From: Guillardia theta nucleomorph
Taxonomy: Eukaryota; Protista; Cryptophyta
Length of the DNA: 32,000 bases
Direction: 5' to 3'
Assembly (NCBI GenBank): GCA_000002975.1
Contig: AJ010592.2
Location: forward strand, 30,001-62,000
Made by a program: the position numbers and the translations under genes. This document shows, piece after piece, positions 18,941 to 29,140 of this stretch. Position 1 is the stretch's first letter, and each line of letters starts with the position of its first letter. The notes beneath the pieces were generated by a model, which was given only the letters and a program-made list of their open reading frames with translations, made no database searches and was not told where the DNA came from.

Positions 18941-20233
18941 TTATATACTATTTAACCATTTTGTGTCTAACGGTGTCAATATTAGTAATAAGTTTTTCAA
19001 TAATAAATATTTTTTTTCTAAATTATTGAATATATAAATTGGGGAATTTTTTTGGTGAACTTTGCTAAAAATTTTTTTCATTACCCACATACCATTAAAG
19101 GTTATTTCTTTTTTCTTAAACTTAGATAGTTCTAAAACAAATAGATTTTTTAAATAAATGTGATGATATAACATTAAATTATTATTTATTGTATTATATA
19201 GTAATCTATTATTAATTTTAGAAAAGTGTAATTCAATTTCAGAATAAACTTCTTTTTTTATAAAATTAACTACAAAATCTGACAATTTAATGTATTTTTC
19301 TAGAGACATATTAAATGAAATTATTGAAAATATAACTTGGTAAAAAAATATTTTACTGATAATATTCTGATTTATATTAGTTTGTTTACTATAAAAAATA
19401 TAATGTCTTATTAAAATTATAGCAATTTTCAAAAAATTATTTTTGATAAATTTATTTAAAAATTTTAATAATATTATTCTTGTAGAAAACGGAGGAGAAA
19501 ATAAGTTTAAATATAATAAAATCATAAAAAAGAGTATTTTTTCTCGATTTAATTTATTGATTTTCTTTAATACATATAAAAAGTTAAAATCCAACTCCAA
19601 ATTAAAATAACTTAAAAGCTTGTTAGTATGAAAATTATTTGATGCATATATAAAATCAAAAAAATTTCTTATATTTATTTTAAAAGTATTGTGTAGGAAA
19701 GATCTGGATAAATTTGAAAAAAACAAAGTAAAATAATCAGAATTTTTATGGTAATTTTGTTTATTTCTAATTTTTAATACCTTAATGTAGTTTTTTATTA
19801 GTTTTATTTTTAATTTGTTCGAAATGTGAGTTAGAATAATTCTCATCATAAAAATACTATTTAAACAATATTGACTTACGTTCTTTAAATAAAGTTTATC
19901 TAGTATCACTTGAAAATTAGTTTTACTTAGAAACAGTAATTTTAATTCATCACACAATTTTACTTTTTCTTTTTTTATAATAAAATTTTGCTGATTGATC
20001 ATTAAAAAATAAGGGTCAAAATTATAAGATAAACTTTCAGTATTAAAATTTTCGATATGAAATGTAATAAAAATTTTAAAGAAAAAATAATTTTTACATT
20101 TTATCTTAAATATATTCATTATGTTCTCCATTTTAATATTCAAAAAATTTTTGGAAAAATATTCATATTTCATTTTGAACACCAAAATGTAAAATAAGGT
20201 TTTTACATTTTCAGTAATATTTGCTAGACTCAT
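18941..20233 (-). CDS. probable divergent nucleolar complex protein Noc2
   Basis: Colinear segments PFSTRIILLKFL, LEKYIKLS, VLELSKFKK..MKKIFSKVHQKNSPI and terminal TPL resemble the Noc2 segments FYPLRxHCIR, ILKLS, VLQLKSF..LLGKVQENS and GTPL. Confidence 0.58.
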   Translation of the reverse strand: MSLANITENVKTLFYILVFKMKYEYFSKNFLNIKMENIMNIFKIKCKNYFFFKIFITFHIENFNTESLSYNFDPYFLMINQQNFIIKKEKVKLCDELKLLFLSKTNFQVILDKLYLKNVSQYCLNSIFMMRIILTHISNKLKIKLIKNYIKVLKIRNKQNYHKNSDYFTLFFSNLSRSFLHNTFKINIRNFFDFIYASNNFHTNKLLSYFNLELDFNFLYVLKKINKLNREKILFFMILLYLNLFSPPFSTRIILLKFLNKFIKNNFLKIAIILIRHYIFYSKQTNINQNIISKIFFYQVIFSIISFNMSLEKYIKLSDFVVNFIKKEVYSEIELHFSKINNRLLYNTINNNLMLYHHIYLKNLFVLELSKFKKKEITFNGMWVMKKIFSKVHQKNSPIYIFNNLEKKYLLLKNLLLILTPLDTKWLNSI

Positions 20234-20261
20234 ATGATAAAATCATATTAATGCAAAACTT

Positions 20262-20774
20262 TCAATATTTATTAGAATACTTCAAAAAAATACATAAAAA
20301 CAAAATTTGAAAACCTAAAACAAATTTATTATAATTAGATTTAATATTTTTTTTAAAATTCGAATAGAATTTATCATTATAAAACTTTTTTAGCTTAACT
20401 AGATTTGAATTAATTAAGCTAATTTTTAATTTTGTTTTGTTTGATTTTGAAAACATATTTTCTATATTACCTATAATGTTATAACCAAATTCTTTTACTG
20501 AAAATTCTTTATCGATATATTTATAAAATTTTGAATAATACGAAATTGAATTCAAATTGTTTAAATGATTCGAATATTTAAAAAAATAAGAAATAAATAA
20601 TTTAAATAACCTAGTATGATAGGAGTATCTATATTTTATAAATTTAAGATAAAAACTAATGTAAGTTTTACAAGACAAGTATGTCGTTATTATTTCATCA
20701 TGTATATTTGAATGACTTTTTAAAATATATATGATAAATAAACAATTTATTTTAAATAATTTTGTTAAATTCAT
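20262..20774 (-). CDS. hypothetical tail-anchored protein; possible degenerate Sec22-like R-SNARE
   Basis: C-terminal hydrophobic FVLGFQILFLCIFL, preceded by NIE...KKFYND with Sec22-like spacing. Confidence 0.4.
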   Translation of the reverse strand: MNLTKLFKINCLFIIYILKSHSNIHDEIITTYLSCKTYISFYLKFIKYRYSYHTRLFKLFISYFFKYSNHLNNLNSISYYSKFYKYIDKEFSVKEFGYNIIGNIENMFSKSNKTKLKISLINSNLVKLKKFYNDKFYSNFKKNIKSNYNKFVLGFQILFLCIFLKYSNKY

Positions 20775-20833
20775 TGAACGAATAATATATAATATTTAAA
20801 TTTATTATTATAAATTAGAATAAAAAAAAATTT

Positions 20834-21433
20834 TTAAAATTTTTCTATGAATGATTCGACACTTACATTCCATTCGCAATTTTTGGTTAGTTCTCCTTTG
20901 AAAATCAGTATTTTTTTAGTCAATAACCATATGATTAGAGCAAAAGAATATCGGTCTTTGTTATTACCTGGTATTGCAATGTCTATGTAACTTAAAAAGG
21001 AATCAGTATTACATACCGATATTACAGGTATATTTACGTACGATGCTTCCAATAAAGCTTGTTTGTCGAGAAGTGGATCTGATATGATTAATAAACGCGG
21101 TTCTTCGAAAAGTTTAGATGTTTTGTTTGTCAATTTACCAGGTATCCATTTGTCAACAATACAATTACATTGTATAAACTGGGAAAATTTTATAATTGCT
21201 GTTTGATGTATATTATTAGAACTCACAGCGATAATATGTTTAGGGTGTTCAATGGATATAATTGCTCTTGCAGCTAATTCTATTTTTTGAATTGTTTTAA
21301 GAATATTAATAATATAAATTCCATCTGATCTTTTCTTCCATACATAAACTTTCATCAATTGTGTGCATGCTGATAATCCAATGTGAACATTACAAATCAG
21401 TAATTTTTTAATATCATTTTCATTGTATATCAT
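20834..21433 (-). CDS. rps0: 40S ribosomal protein SA (uS2/Rps0)
   Basis: VHIG, YVWKKRSDGIYIIN, LAARAI, PGKLTN, FEEPRLLIISDP, EASYVNIPVI and DIAIPGNNK motifs. Confidence 0.96.
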   Translation of the reverse strand: MIYNENDIKKLLICNVHIGLSACTQLMKVYVWKKRSDGIYIINILKTIQKIELAARAIISIEHPKHIIAVSSNNIHQTAIIKFSQFIQCNCIVDKWIPGKLTNKTSKLFEEPRLLIISDPLLDKQALLEASYVNIPVISVCNTDSFLSYIDIAIPGNNKDRYSFALIIWLLTKKILIFKGELTKNCEWNVSVESFIEKF

Positions 21434-21474
21434 TTAACTAGAAAAGAATTCACGATACTAACATAAAATAACTC

Positions 21475-21717
21475 ATGTTTGGATCCAATTTGTTAATAAA
21501 ATCAAATTTACAAAAATTATTTATGATAAACAATAAAAAAAATCTATCTAAAAACCAAGTTATTAGAACGATGAGTGTAAAACATAATGGAAATTCTACT
21601 GAAAGTATAATTCATGGGAAAAAAATTAAAAGAAGATGTATAGTTATGTCCAAATTTAAAAAATTAAGATACAGAGGAAAATTTATTTTTTTTATTAATG
21701 GGTATAAAATATTATAA
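21475..21717 (+). CDS. small hypothetical protein, 80 aa
   Basis: ATG ORF divergent from rps0, filling an otherwise unusually long gap. No clear family. Confidence 0.45.
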   Translation: MFGSNLLIKSNLQKLFMINNKKNLSKNQVIRTMSVKHNGNSTESIIHGKKIKRRCIVMSKFKKLRYRGKFIFFINGYKIL

Positions 21718-21811
21718 ACGATAAATTAAATTATGATTGTTACATTATGTTTAATACTGAAATAAGTAAATTAAATATAATTTAAGATACAAGTTTATAT
21801 AGATTATTAAT

Positions 21812-22831
21812 ATGATTATAGATCGAGAATTTTTACAACTAAGGAAATATTATAGAAAAATAAAATTCGAATCTTCTGATAATGAAATAATTTATAGAAA
21901 AATAGTTAAAATCAAATCCATTATTAAAAATATATTAATTAATTTGTTATTTTTTATCAAATTAACAATTAAACAACCCAGAAAAAAAATAACTTTTAAT
22001 TTACTTAATAATATAATAAAAAATAAAATAAATTACATACCATCATTTAGTTATTTATTTGATACTATATCTAAGTCAAAAATTTTTAAGCCAAATACTT
22101 TTATACAACCAATAAATTACGAAAAAAATGTTATATTAAAAAAGGATATACTATGTTTATTAAACTATAAATATATCATAATTAAAACCGATAATACTTC
22201 TGAAAAAAAAAAAAAAAAAATTTACAATTTTAATAATATTCTCAAGAATAAATTTTTAAAAAATTTTCTTTCTACTCAAAATTATTCTTCTAAAGATAAA
22301 ATAACTTTAAATTTTAACCAGATAGTCTATATTATTGATCTAAATTTTAATTTAAAAAAAAATAAAAAAAAAGTTAATAATGTTAATTTAAATAAAATTA
22401 TAACAACATATTCGTTTAATCATAGAAAATATGATGAAACTTTTTTTAAAATTTTAATTTTTTTTGTTAGATGTTATGTTTTAACTATTGAATATTATAA
22501 GAATTCTAATATAAAATTTTTAATAATGTATGAAATGATTTTGTTTAATAATTCAAAATTATTAAACAACTCCTTTTATCAATTAAATAAAAAAATTAGG
22601 TATCATCTATTTAAAAATATTGTTAATCTTCAACCTAAATTAAATTATTTTATTTTTTCCATCATAAGAGTGATAAAACGTGGTTTAAATTTTATAGAAT
22701 TATGGATACATCCACATTCTAAAACATTACATGAAATTTTACAAAAAAAGATTAAAACAAAGTCTTTGAATGTAAAATATTTTAGATTCTTAACTTATAT
22801 CCGCACATTTATCATTAATATGGTAAAATGA
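21812..22831 (+). CDS. hypothetical protein, 339 aa
   Basis: Long ORF in AT-rich DNA. No motif recognised. Confidence 0.7.
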   Translation: MIIDREFLQLRKYYRKIKFESSDNEIIYRKIVKIKSIIKNILINLLFFIKLTIKQPRKKITFNLLNNIIKNKINYIPSFSYLFDTISKSKIFKPNTFIQPINYEKNVILKKDILCLLNYKYIIIKTDNTSEKKKKKIYNFNNILKNKFLKNFLSTQNYSSKDKITLNFNQIVYIIDLNFNLKKNKKKVNNVNLNKIITTYSFNHRKYDETFFKILIFFVRCYVLTIEYYKNSNIKFLIMYEMILFNNSKLLNNSFYQLNKKIRYHLFKNIVNLQPKLNYFIFSIIRVIKRGLNFIELWIHPHSKTLHEILQKKIKTKSLNVKYFRFLTYIRTFIINMVK

Positions 22832-22844
22832 CTTTTTTTTTTTT

Positions 22845-25412
22845 TTAATAATTTTTAGATAACAATATTGGTTTAATCCACAATCCAATATTTCGAAAAG
22901 AAAATTCTGTGGATAATTTTGATTCAATAATCAATTGAAAAATCCAAGATTTACCAATTAAATTTTTTGAAAATTCTTTAAAAGTTAACCTAATATCTCC
23001 AATAAGTCCTATTATTCCTTTTATAGTTGAATTTAATCGATTATTAACTACTAAAGATCTTATAAATTTTATCATTTCCAAAAATATAATTTTAAATAAA
23101 CTTTCCACATTTTTCAATTCATATTTATATAGAGATTGAAATAATGCAGTTATAAGTTCAATCATACCATCTTGGAAATCCAGAAACCATTCGATATCTG
23201 CATTTTTTTTATTAAAAGTATCAAAATATAAATAAATCAATTCTCTTAAAAACAATAAGTTATTGTTAAGGTTCTCTACATATTTTTTACCGTTTAGTAA
23301 AAAAATATCGCTAAATAAACTCAAAATTCTAGGTTTTTTTTCAATAATTTTATATTTATTTGAAATCAACTTGAACAGTTCGTTATCCAGATTATCGTTC
23401 AAGCCAACAGATATAAAATCACAGATTATGCCAACTGACACGGATAAAATATTATCATTTTCCGTTAAACTCAATATTTTAAAAACGATTGGAATCCAAA
23501 AAGAAATTTCATGTTTGAAATTATACTTTAAAATTTGAGAGATAGTCGCCAATGAAACTAAAATTTCTTCATCAATTTGTTTCAGACTTTCTTCATCTTG
23601 AAAATTGTAGGATTTTTTTAAAATATTATTGAATTCTAAAATAAATATTTTATTAAGTTTTTTACCGATTTTCTGTAAAAAACAGCTAATAATTCTAAAA
23701 TGATTTGTTTGAATTCTCAAGGAAAATGAATTTTTTATTCCATAGTTTACGAGAAATCCATTATTGATAATCTTTAGCAAAATAGGTAATGTGTATGAAA
23801 TACTCATCATTAGTCTTAGGTTCGAAGTTAATACAATGGAACAAATAATTTCAAATATCAAGTCAGCTCTATAATCTTTCAAATGCTGATTGTAAATAAT
23901 TTTTAATAATGATGGAAACATATTTGATATTTGATTGTCAATAACTCCTTCTTTTTCAAATGAAATTATGAACAAATTCAATAAAATAAAAAAGTTTTCA
24001 ACAAAATTTTTTTTGTATATTGTGTCATTTAAGATCTTAAAAATTTTATCTAAGTCATTCCTAAGATAAATTGAAGAAATGCTTAAAATTCTAATCAATA
24101 TTAAAAGAACTGAATTTTGAAATTCAAAAGAATTTGTATTAAAGATTGATAACCAGTATTTATTAAAAAAAAAAACTTCTTCGTATAAAAATTTAGCTCC
24201 GATACCATCCAATGTAGCAATGAATATTACAATATCATTTTGATTATATTTTTTAAAATAATTAATTTTTCTATGTTCTTTAAATGATTTTAAAAAAATT
24301 GGTACTAGATTTCCAGGAGATGCTTGGATCATATAATTTAAACAAATTGCTGAGTTAGAATATAAGTTCCACTCTTCGAAATCATAGAAGGATTTGCTAT
24401 ATTGTATCAATTTTACTATTTCTTTTAACAATTTATTCTTAGCTTTTTTAACATAATGTTTAACGTAAATTTCTGGAATTCTACCTTCATTGAACGCAAG
24501 TACATTGGATAAGTTTAATTCAAATTCTTTTTCAGCGATTGAAGACCAAAAATCAATGATTTTCATTAAATTTTCATCATTAATATTTTCAAACTCGTAA
24601 AGACTAAAATTAATTATTATTTCAATGTAATTATCAATTTTTGTGTAGAAAGTATTAACAAGTTTTTCTAGTATTTCAATTATTATGATCTTATGTTTAG
24701 TGTTAAAGACTATTATTTGATTTATTGTTAATTTGATTAAATCATCAATTTGGTTGTTATTTTCTATAAAACTTTTTAAGAAATTCAAACCGTGATTAAG
24801 GCAATTCAATGCAGATAATTTTAAACTAATTATACCATCTTCTGAACTTTTTAAAACAAAAAAGATAGTCTTAAAAATAATATTGCTTTCAATTTTTATC
24901 AAATTTAAATATATCTCATCATTATTCACTTCTTGAAAAAAAAAAGTGATTATTTCTAAAATAGATTCATACAAATTTAAATTAAAATTGTTTGATTCAA
25001 GAAAATAATAAAGATCTTTGAAAGGAAATTTCCAATGTTGATTATATATTTCAATAAGAAGTATTCGAGAGAAAAGTTGAGCAATACTTTTTTTAATTTC
25101 ATTTTCTCTTTTTTGTAATAAATTTATTAATTTTATTTTGATGTTATTTCTTATTATTGAATCTGTTTTGATCCATTTATTATTATTTATTACGAAAATA
25201 CCTTCAAAATTTGATGATAAACTATTCTTAAGAATTAAAATTGACAAGTTTCTTAAATTATTTGGTAAACTAGAGTCTATTATTATACTTAAAAGTTCCT
25301 CGAAAAAAAAATTTAAATGTTCTTTTTCTAATTTCTGGATAGTTTCTTCCCCTAAATTTCTCATATTATCATTAGAATTATTGATAAATTTCAAACAATC
25401 TAATAACATCAT
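22845..25412 (-). CDS. imb1: importin beta-1 (Kap95)
   Basis: IBN_N-like N-terminus (R..GE..I, LRNLS.L.LKN), IDFWSSIAEKE, EEWN and GLIGDI motifs; 855-aa HEAT protein of the expected size. Confidence 0.88.
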   Translation of the reverse strand: MMLLDCLKFINNSNDNMRNLGEETIQKLEKEHLNFFFEELLSIIIDSSLPNNLRNLSILILKNSLSSNFEGIFVINNNKWIKTDSIIRNNIKIKLINLLQKRENEIKKSIAQLFSRILLIEIYNQHWKFPFKDLYYFLESNNFNLNLYESILEIITFFFQEVNNDEIYLNLIKIESNIIFKTIFFVLKSSEDGIISLKLSALNCLNHGLNFLKSFIENNNQIDDLIKLTINQIIVFNTKHKIIIIEILEKLVNTFYTKIDNYIEIIINFSLYEFENINDENLMKIIDFWSSIAEKEFELNLSNVLAFNEGRIPEIYVKHYVKKAKNKLLKEIVKLIQYSKSFYDFEEWNLYSNSAICLNYMIQASPGNLVPIFLKSFKEHRKINYFKKYNQNDIVIFIATLDGIGAKFLYEEVFFFNKYWLSIFNTNSFEFQNSVLLILIRILSISSIYLRNDLDKIFKILNDTIYKKNFVENFFILLNLFIISFEKEGVIDNQISNMFPSLLKIIYNQHLKDYRADLIFEIICSIVLTSNLRLMMSISYTLPILLKIINNGFLVNYGIKNSFSLRIQTNHFRIISCFLQKIGKKLNKIFILEFNNILKKSYNFQDEESLKQIDEEILVSLATISQILKYNFKHEISFWIPIVFKILSLTENDNILSVSVGIICDFISVGLNDNLDNELFKLISNKYKIIEKKPRILSLFSDIFLLNGKKYVENLNNNLLFLRELIYLYFDTFNKKNADIEWFLDFQDGMIELITALFQSLYKYELKNVESLFKIIFLEMIKFIRSLVVNNRLNSTIKGIIGLIGDIRLTFKEFSKNLIGKSWIFQLIIESKLSTEFSFRNIGLWIKPILLSKNY

Positions 25413-25527
25413 ATTACTAATTACTTAATAAATTTATATATTACATTTACTAGAACTTTTAGGTTAAACTGCCGGATTGGAACTTTTAGAAGAACAAGAA
25501 AGTAAATCAAAAATTTTAATAAATTTA

Positions 25528-28500
25528 ATGCAAAAAATATTCTATGATGCTTTCATTCCTTGTATAACTAACAGGGATAAAATAGCTAATGTTCAAAAAT
25601 ACGCATTTTATTCCAAAAATAATAACAATAAAATTAAAAAATACAACATAGTCAAAAAAAATAATAAATCAATTTTAAATTTAAATTCTATAGAAAATGA
25701 TAATTTAAATAGAGAATTGAGTAAAAAAATTATTGATGAATTGAATAATGAAACTATACTACTAAACAATACGATTAATAATAAAAACTCACTAAATTTG
25801 AAAATCATTTCGTCTTTAATTATAATTTTTTTGTTTTTAATCGGTATTGTTTCGAATCCTTTTAGAAGCAAAACAGTCTCTTTTGGAATTTCAATATTTA
25901 CATTGGGTCTTTCTTTTACTTTGATTAATAAAATTAAAAATACCAAAAAAAGAAGTAACTTTGAATATATTATAGAAGTTATTAAGAATTCAGACGGTAT
26001 TTCAAATGATAAAAATTTAAATAAAATCTTAACTAATATTCAATTCAAAGATGATGTGTATTTAGTCTATTCCAAGTTTTTAGATCATTTTTCAAAAGAA
26101 AAAAATATTGGTGTCTCTGAAATCGAATTATTATATAAAATTAAAAATATCTTTGACCTTTCACCTCAAGAGTTAGGAAATTGCCATTTTCAAAGTGCAC
26201 AAAATTTATACAGAAACTCTTTGATTATGTCTGAGAGAAAAGAAAACAGTTCGGAAATGTATATTACAAATTTTTTGTTCTTGTCTGATGTATTATTGTC
26301 TAATGATAGTAAAAAAGGTTATCAATATGAAATGAATAGGTTAAAAAAAACATTGTTGTTAACAAAAGATAGTTTGATTAACGAAGCAAAAAACAAAAAG
26401 ATAAATGTTTATCAAAATTTATTATTAGAACTATTTTCGTCTGATATTAATGATAAGAAAAAGAAAATAGATTATTTTTCATCAATTCTTTCATTGGATT
26501 CTAATCAGATAAAATTTGTTCACACAAACTTAATAAAAATGAAAATTAATGAAATTATAAAATCTTACGGAAAGTTTGATAGTTCAACCAAAATCGAACT
26601 TTCAAAAATATGTTCATTTTTAGAAGTAGATGAATCGATGTTGAAAATTTTACTCAATGATGAAACTTTTGATGTTGCTAAAAAAATTCTTATGGGAACA
26701 CTTGAAGAATTAAATGAAGAAAACATCGATTTAATAGTAAAAAAAATTCAGGATATTAGTTTGGAATTTCTTCTTTCAAATGAATCATTAGTAATTATGT
26801 TCAAAGATATTGTTTCTAGAAGAATAAAAAAAAACTTAGATGATTTAATCAATATTAAACAATTATCACCATTTTCTTTTAACGAAAAAATTGAAAATTT
26901 TTTATTAGAGAATTCGAATATTGAAAAATTATCTATGAAATTAAATTTAATTTATTCTTCTGACAAAAATTGTGATTTTAAAATCTCTGTAGATGAGATT
27001 ATCAAAACATTTGATTTTGAAAGCTTAGAAACAATTTTGATTTCGTATTTAAAGAACGCAACGAATGAATTAAAAATTACAGATAAAATAATTGTTAATC
27101 TTTCAAATCTTGCTCAAAATTTTGGCTTTAATGATAATAAAATAAAAAGTATATTAAGAATTGTCATTGGTCCCATTTATCAAAATGAAATCTTGAAAAT
27201 AATCGAACAAAATAACTATAACAATTTTTCTTATGATATGTTAGAAAATGTCGAAAAAAGTTTAAAGATTGATCAAGAAACTATTTTTATAAACAAGAAA
27301 GCTTCATACTTAAAATTTTTAGAAAAAAAAGTTTCAAACAATTCTATTCTATCTAACGATGATATAATTGAGATAGATAATGTTATAAATTTTTTAGGAA
27401 TTAATTTTGAAATTATACAAAATATTAATGATACTACCTTAGAACCCATATTTAAAAAAGCAACAGAAGAAGCTTTGGGTGCTAACTATATAATTCCATC
27501 AAATTATTGGATAGGCCTTGAAAAATTAAGGAAGAGATTAAGAATTAGTGAAAGAAAATCAAAAGAAATATTTTATAGTTGTATAACTGATAAACTTAAA
27601 ACTATCTTAGAAAAGGCAATTATTGACAATAAAAAAAAGAATTCACCTAAAGAAAATGTTCCAAAAGATGTTGGTGAAGATCCGACAATTAATAAAGACT
27701 CAGGAACAACTTTAGGAATTGAAGTTGAAGAAAGTGAAAATAACCAAATGTTCAACTTAGTTGATATATATTTTAGAAATAACATATTTTCATTAAATGA
27801 ATCCTTAGCTAACAATCTAGTTCAAGAAACATTAATTGGTTTGTCTGGAAGAAATGTTCAAAGATTTCAATCTATTAATTCTTCGGAAATGGGATACCCT
27901 ATAAATTTAAGACATTATTTTGATGATAAAACTATCAAAAATATGTATAAAGAATATCTTATCAGTTGTTTTTCTGTAAAACAACAGACTCAAAAAAGAA
28001 GACTATTTAATAACCTTGATAAACTGGCGCCAATTTTAGGATTAAATAAAAATGAAATTTCAGAAATCCACACTGAAGTGGGCTCTTTAATTTTTAATAG
28101 ATATTTATCTCAGGTTTTATCTAAAGGTTATCTTGACGATTCTGATAAATCATTTCTTGGTAGTATTCAATCAACTCTTTCAATGAATAACAAGGATTGT
28201 GTTGAATTGATTAAAAACTCAAAGAAAAATATGGTCTCTTTGAACATAGAGAAGATATTTATGAGTCCAAAAGTAAGTCCTGATGGTGTTAAAAAACTAT
28301 TATTATTGATTAGAAATTTTGGAGTAAATATAGAATCCGATCTTTCTATATCTCTTGATCAAAGACAGAAATTATTTAGAGTAGCAATCGAAGATGCAAT
28401 TGAAAATGAAGAAATTAAAACAAATCAAAATATAATAAGTGATATTCAAAATTCGTTCGTTATAGACGAAGTAATTACAAAGAAAATATTATTAGATGTA

Positions 28501-28740
28501 ATAACCAATAAAAGCGAAGGCTATCTCCTAAATGCAATAGGATCCCTGAGACAAGGTAAACTGGATAATGCACTAATAGAATTGAGGAATATGTTGAAGT
28601 ATGGTAGAATATTTACAATTTCTCTGAATGATTCAGTAGGATCTACCATAGAAAGACAGAAATTAATCGAACTATTTAAGAACAATAATTCCAATGATTT
28701 TCAATCAATTAAAATTCTAGAAGACATGATGAATTTTTAA
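25528..28740 (+). CDS. tic110: plastid inner-envelope import component Tic110 (IAP100)
   Basis: Transit-like N-terminus, two hydrophobic helices, then a long helical domain with YPINLR, MYKEYL, ILGL...EI..IH, LLNAIGSLRQ and ERQKL, as in Tic110. First ATG is at 25528; the track starts at TTG 25477. Confidence 0.85.
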   Translation: MQKIFYDAFIPCITNRDKIANVQKYAFYSKNNNNKIKKYNIVKKNNKSILNLNSIENDNLNRELSKKIIDELNNETILLNNTINNKNSLNLKIISSLIIIFLFLIGIVSNPFRSKTVSFGISIFTLGLSFTLINKIKNTKKRSNFEYIIEVIKNSDGISNDKNLNKILTNIQFKDDVYLVYSKFLDHFSKEKNIGVSEIELLYKIKNIFDLSPQELGNCHFQSAQNLYRNSLIMSERKENSSEMYITNFLFLSDVLLSNDSKKGYQYEMNRLKKTLLLTKDSLINEAKNKKINVYQNLLLELFSSDINDKKKKIDYFSSILSLDSNQIKFVHTNLIKMKINEIIKSYGKFDSSTKIELSKICSFLEVDESMLKILLNDETFDVAKKILMGTLEELNEENIDLIVKKIQDISLEFLLSNESLVIMFKDIVSRRIKKNLDDLINIKQLSPFSFNEKIENFLLENSNIEKLSMKLNLIYSSDKNCDFKISVDEIIKTFDFESLETILISYLKNATNELKITDKIIVNLSNLAQNFGFNDNKIKSILRIVIGPIYQNEILKIIEQNNYNNFSYDMLENVEKSLKIDQETIFINKKASYLKFLEKKVSNNSILSNDDIIEIDNVINFLGINFEIIQNINDTTLEPIFKKATEEALGANYIIPSNYWIGLEKLRKRLRISERKSKEIFYSCITDKLKTILEKAIIDNKKKNSPKENVPKDVGEDPTINKDSGTTLGIEVEESENNQMFNLVDIYFRNNIFSLNESLANNLVQETLIGLSGRNVQRFQSINSSEMGYPINLRHYFDDKTIKNMYKEYLISCFSVKQQTQKRRLFNNLDKLAPILGLNKNEISEIHTEVGSLIFNRYLSQVLSKGYLDDSDKSFLGSIQSTLSMNNKDCVELIKNSKKNMVSLNIEKIFMSPKVSPDGVKKLLLLIRNFGVNIESDLSISLDQRQKLFRVAIEDAIENEEIKTNQNIISDIQNSFVIDEVITKKILLDVITNKSEGYLLNAIGSLRQGKLDNALIELRNMLKYGRIFTISLNDSVGSTIERQKLIELFKNNNSNDFQSIKILEDMMNF

Positions 28741-28767
28741 TATTAATTTGTGGGTAAGAAATAATTA

Positions 28768-28845
28768 ATGAGAAATAAATGGAAAAAAAAAAGGATGCGT
28801 AGACTTAGAAGAAAAAGAAGACAATTAAAGTTAAGGTCTAAATGA
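28768..28845 (+). CDS. rpl41: 60S ribosomal protein L41 (eL41), 25 aa
   Basis: Translation MRNKWKKKRMRRLRRKRRQLKLRSK*. Below the ORF-track size limit. Confidence 0.95.
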   Translation: MRNKWKKKRMRRLRRKRRQLKLRSK

Positions 28846-28891
28846 TAATAAATAAATGTATATATAATATCTTATAAACTGTCATTTTCAA

Positions 28892-29140
28892 ATGAACAGG
28901 TTTGAAGAATTAAAAAATTGTGTTGACAATTTGTTTAAAGATTTGAAGAAATTTTTTATAAAAAAAAATAAATCAGCAGGAGTTAGAGCTCGTAAAAAGC
29001 TTCAAAAATGTAAAAAACTGTGTCAAGAAATTCGTAATTATATTCAAAAAATTAAGTTGGAAGATTACCAGAAGCGAGCTGAAGTTTACTCTAGCAGAGC
29101 CGCCTTTTTGGCAGAAAATTTTTTTAGAAAAACTAATTAA
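28892..29140 (+). CDS. Hc1-family (histone H1-like nucleoid protein) homolog, 82 aa
   Basis: D..KFF.K.NKSAGVRARK.LQ..K.L.QEIR matches the recalled Hc1 core (K.NKAAGTR.RK...LK.LAQ.IR). Confidence 0.75.
   Translation: MNRFEELKNCVDNLFKDLKKFFIKKNKSAGVRARKKLQKCKKLCQEIRNYIQKIKLEDYQKRAEVYSSRAAFLAENFFRKTN

Noticed and set aside
21475-21717. Resemblance of the ORF80 C-terminus to the TFIIA large subunit beta-barrel
   Set aside because: Too few matching residues, and the terminal conserved strand and Trp are missing. Left as hypothetical.
25430-25527. Possible snRNA or intron upstream of tic110 (GAACTTTTAG occurs twice)
   Set aside because: No U5 loop, Sm-site context or productive GT-AG join was found. 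The TTG start is unnecessary given ATG 25528.
2859-27815. Other short antisense or alternate-frame ORFs (2859, 3341, 7223, 7582, 11098, 15979, 16708, 23263, 25138, 25608, 27573)
   Set aside because: All lie within or almost within longer genes and have the F/L/I-rich composition expected from antisense or frame-shifted reading of K/N-rich codons.
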